From Patescibacteria group bacterium (GTDB lineage: Bacteria; Patescibacteriota; Minisyncoccia; Phycocordibacterales; SBAW01): a stretch of 64,000 bases of DNA. The notes under the pieces are model-generated. The model saw only the letters and a list, made by a program, of their open reading frames with translations. It was not told the DNA's origin and searched no databases. This document shows, piece after piece, positions 48,933 to 58,224 of the stretch (position 1 is its first letter; each line of letters starts with the position of its first letter). Made by a program: the position numbers and the translations under genes. The stretch is taken from NCBI GenBank assembly GCA_028871115.1, contig JAGWOD010000003.1:103-64102 (forward strand), read 5' to 3'.

Positions 48933-49649
48933 ATGGAAACTGCTCGAACACCCGAAGAGATAGCAAAAAAATTCGACGCCTTACCAGCGGAAATTAAATC
49001 TCTCATATACAGTGCTGAGATGCTGAATACTGTCGAAAGAATAGGGGAGAAGTACAAGCTTCATGTAGATCAGCTTGGTCTTTTGGAATCACAAACCGCT
49101 GATGTAATGATTGGGTTCTCAAAACCTGAAAATTTTGTAAGTAATTTGTCGAGATCAGTTCAAATAGAAGTGGGGGTGGCGACTGCAATAGCTGCTGAGA
49201 TAAACGATCAGTTATTCTTAAAAATACGCGAATCTCTGAAAACAAAAGGGGTAAGTGAGGTTGTTCAAGAACCCCTTCATAATCCTCCTGCTACCTCAAT
49301 AATTCCCCCGGTATCTCAAAAGGCCGCGAGTACAGGGGTGCCGAGTCAACAAAAACCTATTTTTTCTTTGCCAGAGACTTCCATTACTGCTTCTGTAAGT
49401 AATAGCTCAACTCCCTTTTTAAAGCCCTTGCCTGATACTCCCGTTACACTTGAAGCAACGAAAGAAACTCCTCCTCTCACAAAACCAAGAAACCCAGAGA
49501 CCCCCAATCTACATCCAGTAGAAAAAGCTCTTTCACAGAGAAGTTCTGAGAAGACAGAGATCATTGATAGTACAACTCCTGCAGCAAAGGAAGGAGGATC
49601 TGAGCCCAAAAAATACGCTTTGGATCCATATCGAGAACCAATAGAATAA
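48933..49649 (+). CDS. Hypothetical protein with Pro/Thr-rich C-terminal half
   Basis: No TM segment. The N-terminal 100 aa are globular and the remainder is a low-complexity P/T/S-rich linker. Confidence 0.4.
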   Translation: METARTPEEIAKKFDALPAEIKSLIYSAEMLNTVERIGEKYKLHVDQLGLLESQTADVMIGFSKPENFVSNLSRSVQIEVGVATAIAAEINDQLFLKIRESLKTKGVSEVVQEPLHNPPATSIIPPVSQKAASTGVPSQQKPIFSLPETSITASVSNSSTPFLKPLPDTPVTLEATKETPPLTKPRNPETPNLHPVEKALSQRSSEKTEIIDSTTPAAKEGGSEPKKYALDPYREPIE

Positions 49650-49671
49650 GCGGCACGGTATACTAGAAGGA

Positions 49672-50109
49672 ATGCAGTACCAGGTTCCGCAATTTATTGA
49701 GGTTGAAGATAAAATCTTTGGGCCTCTAACATTCAAACAATTTGCATATCTCGCAGGTGCGGGAGGAGCATGCCTTATTTTCTTCACGTTCTTGCCGTGG
49801 TGGCTTGCACTCTGGCCATCGCTTCCGTTTGTAGCGCTTGGCATCGCACTCTCATTCTACAAAGTGAACGGTCGACCATTCATCAATGCTCTTGAGCATG
49901 CAATAGGTTATTTTTTTGGCAATAAACTGTATCTCTGGAAACAACGGGAGGTAAAGCCCACAGCCGAGGCAGTCGTACCTTCATCAATCTCCTCAACACT
50001 TCCAAAGATTTCAGAGAGTAAACTTAAAGATTTGGCGTGGTCACTCAACATTAAGGATCGCTCGAAACTTGGAATTACCACTGCCCAACGGACTGGGTTT
50101 GAAATATAG
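49672..50109 (+). CDS. Small two-TM protein, PrgI/VirB3-like
   Basis: 145 aa with two adjacent TM helices (FAYLAGAGGACLIFFTFLPWWLALWPSLPFVALGIALSFY). Lies immediately upstream of the ATPase-associated genes, the position and topology expected of VirB3/PrgI. Confidence 0.45.
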   Translation: MQYQVPQFIEVEDKIFGPLTFKQFAYLAGAGGACLIFFTFLPWWLALWPSLPFVALGIALSFYKVNGRPFINALEHAIGYFFGNKLYLWKQREVKPTAEAVVPSSISSTLPKISESKLKDLAWSLNIKDRSKLGITTAQRTGFEI

Positions 50110-50111
50110 GT

Positions 50112-50768
50112 ATGGCTGATCAAAAAGTAAGCGCAAAAGCGACGCAGGAGTTCGTTCCTATAAAAGAGGTGCGAGAGGGAGTAGTGGTCCTCAAAGATGG
50201 GAGTCTTCGAACAATCCTAATGGCTTCTTCAATCAATCTCGCACTGAAAAGCCAGGAAGAACAAGAAGCGGTCATCGCCCAATTCCAGAATTTTCTCAAC
50301 TCTGTTGAATTCACCGTTCAATTTTTTATAGAAAGTCGAGACCTCGACATCAGGCCCTATATTGCGCTTTTGGAAGAACGCCTTGCTGAAGAGGTTGATG
50401 ATCTTATGAAACTACAGATCAGGGAATATATTACCTTCATCCGCGACTTTGTTGAGCGGGCGAACATCATGAGCAAGAATTTCTTTATTGTAGTGCCTTA
50501 CGATCCTGCGCTCATTGAGCGAGGAGGGAGATCTGGCCCGCTTACAGCGCTTGGCCTTGGGGGAAATTCTGGGAAATCAAGTACCCTTACCGACGAGCAG
50601 TTTGAACAGTATCGCTCCCAGCTTGAACAGCGTGTTGGCATCGTTGAACAGGGTCTTATCCGTACGGGCGTACGCGTGGTACCTCTTGGAACTGAGGAAT
50701 TGATCGAGCTGTTCTACAAGCTTTTCAACCCGGGTGAACTTGAAAAGCCTGTTGCGCTAACAAAATAG
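50112..50768 (+). CDS. Hypothetical cytoplasmic protein, possibly a detached VirB4 N-terminal-like domain
   Basis: FVPIKEVREGVVVLKDGSLRTILMASSINLALKSQEEQEA resembles the start of VirB4-family N-terminal domains. Lies 3 nt after the PrgI-like gene and 35 nt before the VirB4-like ATPase. Confidence 0.4.
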   Translation: MADQKVSAKATQEFVPIKEVREGVVVLKDGSLRTILMASSINLALKSQEEQEAVIAQFQNFLNSVEFTVQFFIESRDLDIRPYIALLEERLAEEVDDLMKLQIREYITFIRDFVERANIMSKNFFIVVPYDPALIERGGRSGPLTALGLGGNSGKSSTLTDEQFEQYRSQLEQRVGIVEQGLIRTGVRVVPLGTEELIELFYKLFNPGELEKPVALTK

Positions 50769-50802
50769 TCGAGCATCGCAGAGGCGATGGTACAATCTAC
50801 AC

Positions 50803-52644
50803 ATGGCTCTTTTTGATGTGTTCAAAAAGAAGGCTCCTGCCGCTTCTGTCCCTATTTCTCCCGTCCTCCCCGAGCAGATCTATAAGCAGGGGGTACTTGA
50901 ACTGCAAGATGTCATTGCTCCTTCGGCACTTAAAGTAACGCCGCGCGAGATAAATCTTGGGGACAAGATCGCAAGAACCTTTTTCGTCATGTCCTATCCA
51001 CGGATGCTTACCGATTCTTGGTTTGCTCCTATCATCAATCTCGACCGGGTACTCGATATTTCCATCTTTGTGCACCCCATCGATAGTGCGGACATACTGA
51101 AAAAATTCCAAAAGAAGGTCGCCGAGGTCCAAAGCCAGATTGAGACACGTGAAAAGCGGGGGCTCGTGCGCGATCCCATTCTCGATACTGCGTATCGAGA
51201 CCTTGAAGATTTGCGCGATCAACTTCAACAAGCACAGGAGCGTATTTTCGACGTCGGGGTCTATATCACGATTTATGGAGCTACCGTGGAAGAACTCGAC
51301 AAAGCGGAGAGCGAAATAAAATCGATGCTTGAATCACGCCTCGTGTATGTAAAGCCCGCCCTCTTCCAACAAGAGCAGGGGTTCCGTTCGGTGCTACCGC
51401 TTGGGCATGATGAACTTGGGGTAGATTCAAAACTCAACTCCTCACCACTTTCTTCAATGTTTCCTTTCGTGTCGTTTGACCTCACCTCCGATAAAGGAAT
51501 TCTTTACGGAGTTAATCGTCATAATGCCTCGCTCGTTCTCTTCGATCGTTTTTCCCTTGAAAACTACAATTCGGTGATATTTGCAAAATCAGGATCCGGA
51601 AAATCGTATGCAACAAAACTTGAGATCTTGCGTACACTTATGTTCGATACGGAAGTTATTGTTATCGATCCTGAGCGTGAATATGAATTTCTTGCACAAG
51701 CAGTGGGTGGCCGTTACTTTAGTGTTTCACTTACTTCGGAGCATCACATCAATCCCTTCGATCTCCCGATCCCGCGGGAGGATGAAGCGCCCGCTGATGT
51801 GTTGCGCAGCAACATAGTTGCACTGGTAGGTCTTTTCCGCATCATGCTTGGGGGCCTTACTCCTGAAGAAGATTCGATCGTTGATCAGGCAATAACTGAG
51901 ACGTATGCGCTCAAAGATATTAGTACTGAGAGTGATTTTTCGCAGGTAGAACCGCCACTTTTATCTGATTTTGAACAAGTGCTTGCCGGTATGGAGGGGA
52001 GTGAATCGCTCGTGCAGCGTCTTTCTAAGTACACCAAGGGGACATGGGCAGGGTTCATCAATCAACCAACCAATGTTGATATTAACAAGCGCTTTGTCGT
52101 TTTCTCGGTGCGCGATATGGAGGACGAACTTAAACCGGTAGCAATGTACCTGGTAACGCACTATATCTGGAATGCCATTCGAAAAAATCTTAAGAAGCGC
52201 CTCCTCGTCATCGACGAGGCGTGGTGGATGATGAAATCAGAAGATACTGCAAGTTTCCTCTACGGACTTGCAAAACGCGGGCGCAAATATTATCTCGGTC
52301 TTGCAACCATTACTCAAGATGTTGATGACTTCCTCAAATCACCGTATGGACTGCCGATGATCACCAATTCATCGCTCCAGCTTCTACTCAAGCAGTCACC
52401 CTCCTCAATCGATAGTCTTCAAAAGACTTTTAATCTCTCCGACGAGGAAAAGTATCTGCTTCTCGAGAGCGATGTGGGGGAAGGAATTTTCTTCGCAGGC
52501 CTCAAGCATGTCGCGATAAAAATAATTGCCTCTTACACCGAGGACCAGATCATTACCTCCGATCCTTCACAAGTACTTGCGCTGCGTCGTGGACGACAAG
52601 AAGTATCGCAAGCCCCCGCAGCACCCGCACCTCAGCATCTATGA
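50803..52644 (+). CDS. VirB4/TrbE/CagE-family type IV secretion ATPase
   Basis: Walker A FAKSGSGKSYATK, Walker B LLVIDEAWWMM, and the C-terminal ATITQDVDDF / SSLQLLLKQ motifs typical of the VirB4 (DUF87/AAA-like) clade. 613 aa. Confidence 0.75.
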   Translation: MALFDVFKKKAPAASVPISPVLPEQIYKQGVLELQDVIAPSALKVTPREINLGDKIARTFFVMSYPRMLTDSWFAPIINLDRVLDISIFVHPIDSADILKKFQKKVAEVQSQIETREKRGLVRDPILDTAYRDLEDLRDQLQQAQERIFDVGVYITIYGATVEELDKAESEIKSMLESRLVYVKPALFQQEQGFRSVLPLGHDELGVDSKLNSSPLSSMFPFVSFDLTSDKGILYGVNRHNASLVLFDRFSLENYNSVIFAKSGSGKSYATKLEILRTLMFDTEVIVIDPEREYEFLAQAVGGRYFSVSLTSEHHINPFDLPIPREDEAPADVLRSNIVALVGLFRIMLGGLTPEEDSIVDQAITETYALKDISTESDFSQVEPPLLSDFEQVLAGMEGSESLVQRLSKYTKGTWAGFINQPTNVDINKRFVVFSVRDMEDELKPVAMYLVTHYIWNAIRKNLKKRLLVIDEAWWMMKSEDTASFLYGLAKRGRKYYLGLATITQDVDDFLKSPYGLPMITNSSLQLLLKQSPSSIDSLQKTFNLSDEEKYLLLESDVGEGIFFAGLKHVAIKIIASYTEDQIITSDPSQVLALRRGRQEVSQAPAAPAPQHL

Positions 52645-53345
52645 AATACATTGTGATCGTTTTGGTTGCACTTTCCATAGATGCCTTTCAGGCGCTTGTT
52701 GCGCTTGGACTTGCTGCAGCATTCGCGGTTTTCTCAGGAACAATTGGTGGAGCGGCGGCAGGGTGTGTGGTAGGAAGCACCGTAGGACTCTGCAAAGTTC
52801 TTGGCGCGGTCGGAGGAGTGGCGGGCTCATTTTTCAACCCAGTAGCTGCACCCTATGGGATGCAGGTTGGCGCAGTGATTGGCGCTGTCCTCGATTTTTG
52901 CATTAGTGCTGTATTTGGAACAGGGTTTATAGCTCTTCTCGTCTTTACAAGACTCCTAAAACTCGGGGATCTTCTCTCATTGCGTTTTACACCACCAATA
53001 CTCGTCAAACTACTTCCATTCATTGATATACTTCCGTTCTATACCTTTCTTGCCGTATCTTGCATATTGAAGAAAAATCAAGAGGAAGGAGGAATAGCTG
53101 GCAAAGCCCTCGCGCTTGCTGCAAGCGGTGGAATGAATATAACTGCTATTGGAGATACGGTGCGGCAAATTTCTCCCGAGATAGCGGGTAGTATGGGTAA
53201 CACCGGGCGCGGTAGTACTCCTACACCTGCGGGAGAGCCTGCAAAACAAAAAAGTAGTGCGTCTCCTCCACTCGTCGATGGAATCCGCGCAGGTTCTTCT
53301 CCCAAAGAATCATACCCAGAAGGGTTGTCTCCTTCATATGCGTAA
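52641..53345 (+). CDS. Gly/Ala-rich polytopic small membrane protein (candidate pilin-like or channel subunit)
   Basis: The ATGA start overlaps the ATPase stop. It is about 150 aa of very hydrophobic G/A/V-rich sequence with a polar S/G/P-rich tail. Confidence 0.45.
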   Translation: MKYIVIVLVALSIDAFQALVALGLAAAFAVFSGTIGGAAAGCVVGSTVGLCKVLGAVGGVAGSFFNPVAAPYGMQVGAVIGAVLDFCISAVFGTGFIALLVFTRLLKLGDLLSLRFTPPILVKLLPFIDILPFYTFLAVSCILKKNQEEGGIAGKALALAASGGMNITAIGDTVRQISPEIAGSMGNTGRGSTPTPAGEPAKQKSSASPPLVDGIRAGSSPKESYPEGLSPSYA

Positions 53346-54372
53346 TTTTTTTCTGCGTATCATAGGAATTGCTGCGCTTGTAGGGCTTCTTGGTCCTGTC
53401 GTCGCCCTAGCCCAGTCATTCCAGGCGACCCCGCAGCCCGTCCAATATCTTGTGGCACCTCAATCTCCGGGACCATACTCTCTTGTGTATATCGAGGTCG
53501 ATGGCGTTGGAGATTTCCTCGGAAATTCAACTATCACCTGGCAAGTGAATGGCAAGACGGCCCTTTCAGGCACTGGTGCGCGCCAATTCAGTTTTACGAC
53601 AGGGCCTCTCGGCATACCAATGTCAGTAACCGTGAATATAGATTCAAATGCATACGGTTTAATTACACACACATTTACCTTTGATCCTTCAACGGTGAAC
53701 TTGGTATGGGAAGCGTATACAACAGTCCCTCCTTTCTACAATGGAAAGGCTCTTGCAAGTGCGGGTTCCCAAATCAGTGTGGTTGCGTTTCCACAGGTCT
53801 TAATTGATGGAAAATCTCAATCACTAAATAACCTATCCTTTCAATGGAGCCTTAATGGTACTGCGGACCCGACACAATCCGGGCTTGGAGATGACGTTTA
53901 TACATTCAATACTAACCAACTTCATACCAGTGAGGATGTTTCGGTTGATGTAGATTCCGGCAACACTACGGTAGGACATGCTGATATCACAATACCCGAG
54001 AGCACACCCCAACTTATTTTCTATGTAGATGATCCGCTGCGCGGAATCCTCTATAACCAGGCGCTTGTATCCTCCTATTCAATGCCGAGTCAAGAAGAAA
54101 CGATTCGAGCTGAGCCGTACTTTTTTTCAACAGACAGTGCACTCAACGGATCACTGCAGTATGCATGGGTCCTCAATGGCAACACTACCACTGGCCCCAA
54201 CACACAAAATGGAGAATTGACGCTCCGACAGACCGGAAATGGGGAGGGGAGTGCAGTGCTTTCCGTCTCACTTCAGAACTCCAATACCAATCAGCTCCTT
54301 CAGGCGGCTACAGCCTCACTCACTATTCTCTTCGGGGGGGCGAGTGCATCGGGATCATTCTTCGGTCTATGA
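53338..54372 (+). CDS. Hypothetical secreted beta-rich protein
   Basis: Signal peptide MRNFFLRIIGIAALVGLLGPVVALAQS. Repeated T/S/N-rich segments suggest a beta-sandwich or Ig-like fold. Confidence 0.45.
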   Translation: MRNFFLRIIGIAALVGLLGPVVALAQSFQATPQPVQYLVAPQSPGPYSLVYIEVDGVGDFLGNSTITWQVNGKTALSGTGARQFSFTTGPLGIPMSVTVNIDSNAYGLITHTFTFDPSTVNLVWEAYTTVPPFYNGKALASAGSQISVVAFPQVLIDGKSQSLNNLSFQWSLNGTADPTQSGLGDDVYTFNTNQLHTSEDVSVDVDSGNTTVGHADITIPESTPQLIFYVDDPLRGILYNQALVSSYSMPSQEETIRAEPYFFSTDSALNGSLQYAWVLNGNTTTGPNTQNGELTLRQTGNGEGSAVLSVSLQNSNTNQLLQAATASLTILFGGASASGSFFGL

Positions 54373-55247
54373 AAATAAAAATGTGGATATATGCCATAAC
54401 AATACTTTCTGTTTTTGTGTTTTCCGTCTGTTCGATACCCTCCACCACATACGCGGCGCAGGCATCAAACCCCCTGCAGAACGGATGCACGTATACTGCA
54501 GACTCCTTAGGTGGAGGTGTATGGGTGTGTCCGGATAGATCAACACAAACCATAGCCCCGTCAGGACAGCCTCAGTCTGGTCCTACGTCTCCAACACAAA
54601 CAGGCAACGGGGCTTTTTCATCTCCGTGCGTGAATAATTGCAATATTCAATATAATCCACTCGAACCTCTCTCTTCGCCACTCGGTGGACAGATTAATTA
54701 TTCAGATTTCGCTTCATATCTGAAATATATTTTCCCAATTCTTATCTCCCTTGGAGCACTTGTTGGTGTCGTATCGCTAACGGTGGGAGGGGTCTTGTAT
54801 ATGACTTCATCGGTTCCCGGGGTAAAAAGCGAAGCGTTGGGACGTGCACAAGCTTCGATTTGGGGGTTACTATTGCTTATTGCCTCAGTACTTATTCTCC
54901 AAACAATAAATCCGAACCTTATCAGTTTCAATCTTAGCGATTTGAATACGCTCACACAGCAGGCCGGTTCTTCCTCAGGATCCGCCAGCACCCAACAAAC
55001 AAATACAAATTCCACATGCACGGTGGGCCAGACCGGGTGTTCCTCACTGCCATCATCCAATGGAGGATCTGCGACAGAATTACATATCACTGTAACCATT
55101 CCTCAAACGGAAACTCTTGACTCGCAAAATCCTGACACTGCAACTGTGGCTAAGCAATACGCCCAAGATTGCCAGCAAGAAGGCAAAACCTTTAGCAGCG
55201 AAGCTGCTTCCGACGGAAGTTTCAATTTTATTCTGCATTGTAACTAA
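54369..55247 (+). CDS. Hypothetical secreted protein with Cys-containing N-domain and two central TM helices
   Basis: Start is ATGA-coupled to the upstream gene. Signal peptide, then a Cys-containing domain, then a hairpin of two TM helices (YIFPILISLGALVGVVSLTVGGVLY / IWGLLLLIASVLILQTI). Confidence 0.45.
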   Translation: MKIKMWIYAITILSVFVFSVCSIPSTTYAAQASNPLQNGCTYTADSLGGGVWVCPDRSTQTIAPSGQPQSGPTSPTQTGNGAFSSPCVNNCNIQYNPLEPLSSPLGGQINYSDFASYLKYIFPILISLGALVGVVSLTVGGVLYMTSSVPGVKSEALGRAQASIWGLLLLIASVLILQTINPNLISFNLSDLNTLTQQAGSSSGSASTQQTNTNSTCTVGQTGCSSLPSSNGGSATELHITVTIPQTETLDSQNPDTATVAKQYAQDCQQEGKTFSSEAASDGSFNFILHCN

Positions 55248-55263
55248 CCTGCGCTAACTTGAT

Positions 55264-56493
55264 ATGAATCTCAGTTGGAAAAAAATTGCAGTTGGAGGAG
55301 GAATATTAATACTTATCCTTATTCTCATCCTCATCTTTCTTTTACGAGGAAGTGGCGGCCCAAGTACTTCCTCAAGCAATGGATCTTTTGGATCAAATCC
55401 AGGCACAACAGGCGTTTCGGTAGGTCAAAGCGGAGGAGGAGCTTCGTCACTGCCTTCCTCTTCCTCGGGAATATCACCTACGCAAAAAGTATTCGAAATT
55501 GCCGTGGGCCCTGTTGTAGGGGCAGAACTTACTGAAGCCGGGGAGCCTACAACAACCGTGGCGCGCTACATCACCTCGCAGGATGGTCATATCCTTCAGC
55601 TAGAACTTAATACCCCCGGCGCCGTACCGCAGATATTATCCAACACAACTATCCCAGGCATAGAAGAAGCATACTGGAGTGACGGAGGATCGGGAGTCAT
55701 CGTTCAGTATCTTGATCAGGGAACTATGAAAAGCGCTCACTTGCTTCTGCCGGGAGCCGCGAGCACCAGCCCCACGAGCATAAATTTCCTTCCAGACAAT
55801 ATATTGGCGCTTGCAGTATCTCCTAATGGATCTTCTGTCGTGTATCTATTGCGCAGTGCTACAGGAGCAAGCGGGTATCTCTCGCAAACAAACGGATCAA
55901 ACATCAAAGAACTTTTTTCCCTGCCGCTCTCCCAACTTATCCTCTCATGGCCTTCCCCAGGTACAATCCTTGCCTACAGCAAAGCGGCTGCAGGAGTAGC
56001 GGGCATTGCTTTCTCAATCAATGCAAAAACGGGAAGTGTAGCCCCAGTGCTCTATGGTCTTGGGCTCACGGTCTCTGGAAACCCTGATTTTTCCTATCTT
56101 CTTTACCGCACCGATACGGGCTCGGCAGCGACCCTCTACACAGAATCGACTATCTCCGGTGGAAGCTCTCTGTTCCCGACACTCTCAACGCTTGAGACCC
56201 CTTTCCCAGAAGAATGTGTTTGGGGTAGCTCTAACAATGTCTATTGCGCGGCACCTGCAGAGGCAACGCCCTATGACTATCTCGATCTCTGGCATCGAAG
56301 TGAAGCGAGCGTCCCCGATTCACTAGTTCTGCTTAACATCGCTTCAAGCACCGAAGCGCTTGTCGCAACACCTGGAACCTCCGATGGAGGAGAAACTGCC
56401 GATATGACCAAGTTTTCGCTCTCTCCGGACGGGCAATATCTCTCCTTCATCTCCAAGGATGACGAAGCGCTCTGGGGAGTGAGGCTTCAGTAA
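55264..56493 (+). CDS. Hypothetical N-terminally anchored periplasmic/extracellular protein
   Basis: N-terminal TM (ILILILILIFLL), a Gly/Ser linker, then a repetitive beta-rich domain. Last gene of the plus-strand operon. Confidence 0.45.
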   Translation: MNLSWKKIAVGGGILILILILILIFLLRGSGGPSTSSSNGSFGSNPGTTGVSVGQSGGGASSLPSSSSGISPTQKVFEIAVGPVVGAELTEAGEPTTTVARYITSQDGHILQLELNTPGAVPQILSNTTIPGIEEAYWSDGGSGVIVQYLDQGTMKSAHLLLPGAASTSPTSINFLPDNILALAVSPNGSSVVYLLRSATGASGYLSQTNGSNIKELFSLPLSQLILSWPSPGTILAYSKAAAGVAGIAFSINAKTGSVAPVLYGLGLTVSGNPDFSYLLYRTDTGSAATLYTESTISGGSSLFPTLSTLETPFPEECVWGSSNNVYCAAPAEATPYDYLDLWHRSEASVPDSLVLLNIASSTEALVATPGTSDGGETADMTKFSLSPDGQYLSFISKDDEALWGVRLQ

Positions 56494-56494
56494 T

Positions 56495-56965
56495 TTAGAG
56501 GTGGGGTTGCGAAGAATTCTCTTTGAACTTGAGAACAATGTGGCGCATCTTGCCCTCACCCGCCGATTCTGTGCTGATTTCCGGATCTTCAGCGAAGAGT
56601 TCGTGAATCACAAGACGCTCATAGGAGCTCATCGGGCTTAATTCCACATCATGTTTAAAAAGACGGGCGCGCTGCGCAAGCAGTCGTGCGTTTTCTCGCA
56701 AAATCTGAAGCTTGACCTCGTGGTAACCGTTAACATCGATGAGAAAGTTGGCTGCTTCTTCGCTATACTTCATCTCCGCGAGGCGGCGCGCGATGGTATT
56801 AAGCGATTGGAGGTGCTCCCCGTGCGTACCAATGAGAAGCTTTGAATCGGGGGAGGTAACAGAAACGACGATGCGCGGCGGATTTGAGACAGAAATATTC
56901 TCTACCGTAACGCCAAGCGCCGAAAGAAGATCTAAGACCAGCTGTTTGAGCGCTGAGGAGTCCAT
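56495..56965 (-). CDS. jag: Jag/KhpB-like RNA-binding protein (KH plus R3H)
   Basis: Lies downstream of yidC. KH-like LIGTHGEHLQSLNTIARRLAEM, and an R3H-like LSPMSSYERLVIHELFAEDPEISTESAGEGKMRHIVL. Confidence 0.7.
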   Translation of the reverse strand: MDSSALKQLVLDLLSALGVTVENISVSNPPRIVVSVTSPDSKLLIGTHGEHLQSLNTIARRLAEMKYSEEAANFLIDVNGYHEVKLQILRENARLLAQRARLFKHDVELSPMSSYERLVIHELFAEDPEISTESAGEGKMRHIVLKFKENSSQPHL

Positions 56966-57037
56966 ATATCGACATTAGCGCAACGAGACCCTTCCCTGCA
57001 AGAGGAGTGTGTTGCACGAATGAACCTTTGAGGAACT

Positions 57038-57748
57038 CTAGAGAGGTTTTCGGCGGATAAGGCCTTCTTGGGCGAGCGAAACCGCGCTTGTTGCAGCTAG
57101 ATAGAGCCCGACTGCCCCGGGAAATGTGTAGCCGACAAAGGCCATAACGGCAGGGAATAGGTAGAGCATCATTTGCCGCTGCATATTTTGAGCCGCCCGC
57201 TGGGCCTCGGAGAGATGGGTGCCGGGAGGTGGAGTTCGGGCAAGCGAGAGCTTAATAACTATAAATTGTAGTACGACGACGATGCAGGTGAGGACAATGT
57301 GGCCTGAGCTGACAAGATTGAGAATGCCGAGAAAATTTTCATTGACCGAAGCGGGTGGGGGCACAAACGAGTAGAGAAGATTGGTCTGTATGTGAGGAAG
57401 CCCAAGGCGAAAGAACGCGTAAGAAAGCGAAAAAAAGATTGCAAGTTGCACGATGGTCGCAAATACAAGAGAGAGCGGCTTAATGCGATGCTTGCGGAAA
57501 ACCTCAGTCGTACGGCGAGAGCGCTCCATCGTATCGTCTTTGTACCGCTCATTGATTTCTGCGATTTCCGGCTGTACGGCCTGGAGAGCCATCTGCGTCC
57601 TGATAGAAGAAGCGAAGACAGGATAGAAAACGGCACGGACCAACAGGGTAAGTACGATGATAGCAAGGCCGACATCACCGCCAGGCATGAGCCCGAGGAT
57701 AAAAATAAAAAGATTATAGAGGGGTTGTACGAATATCGAGAATAACAT
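57038..57748 (-). CDS. yidC: Membrane protein insertase YidC (short form)
   Basis: 236 aa, five hydrophobic segments, and the conserved YidC/Oxa1 core. Located downstream of rnpA. Confidence 0.8.
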   Translation of the reverse strand: MLFSIFVQPLYNLFIFILGLMPGGDVGLAIIVLTLLVRAVFYPVFASSIRTQMALQAVQPEIAEINERYKDDTMERSRRTTEVFRKHRIKPLSLVFATIVQLAIFFSLSYAFFRLGLPHIQTNLLYSFVPPPASVNENFLGILNLVSSGHIVLTCIVVVLQFIVIKLSLARTPPPGTHLSEAQRAAQNMQRQMMLYLFPAVMAFVGYTFPGAVGLYLAATSAVSLAQEGLIRRKPL

Positions 57749-57754
57749 GATGTA

Positions 57755-58084
57755 TTAAGAACGAGGGAGGAGATGGAGAATGGTCTCTACATCCTGTGCG
57801 ATGAGCGTAGTGTCAGAAGGAAGGGTCCGCAGGAAAAAAACAATGTCGAAGCCTTTCGCGGAAGACGGGATATGAGTCGCAAACGCTCGGTAGAGTGCGC
57901 GGCGCATACGATTGCGAGCAACAGCGGTCTTTGCGACCGATTTTGGAACTACGGCCGCAGCACGTATTGTAGCACTCCCGTGATTGAGGATTTTTGCCGA
58001 AAGAAACCGAGCGCGTAGCGCCTTTCCCTGCCGTACTACCACTGCTACTTCGCCCGCGCGTAAGCGGGAGGAGCGTTTGAGCAT
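57755..58084 (-). CDS. rnpA: Ribonuclease P protein component
   Basis: Basic 109 aa protein with the RNR(M/I)(K/R)R motif (VARNRMRRALYRAF). Located between rpmH and yidC. Confidence 0.8.
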   Translation of the reverse strand: MLKRSSRLRAGEVAVVVRQGKALRARFLSAKILNHGSATIRAAAVVPKSVAKTAVARNRMRRALYRAFATHIPSSAKGFDIVFFLRTLPSDTTLIAQDVETILHLLPRS

Positions 58085-58089
58085 GAAAA

Positions 58090-58224
58090 TTATACCGAAA
58101 GACGGGCGCGCCCCTTGCGACGACGGCGAGCGAGCGTGCGGCGTCCGCCAGGGCGTTGCATGCGTCCAAGAAATCCGTGGGTTCGCGCGCGCTTGCGTTT
58201 TTTAGGCTGATACGTTCGTTTCAT
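58090..58224 (-). CDS. rpmH: 50S ribosomal protein L34
   Basis: Not in the ORF track because it is under 60 aa. The reverse complement of 58090..58224 translates [44 protein letters not shown], the L34 consensus. Confidence 0.85.
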   Translation of the reverse strand: MKRTYQPKKRKRARTHGFLGRMQRPGGRRTLARRRRKGRARLSV

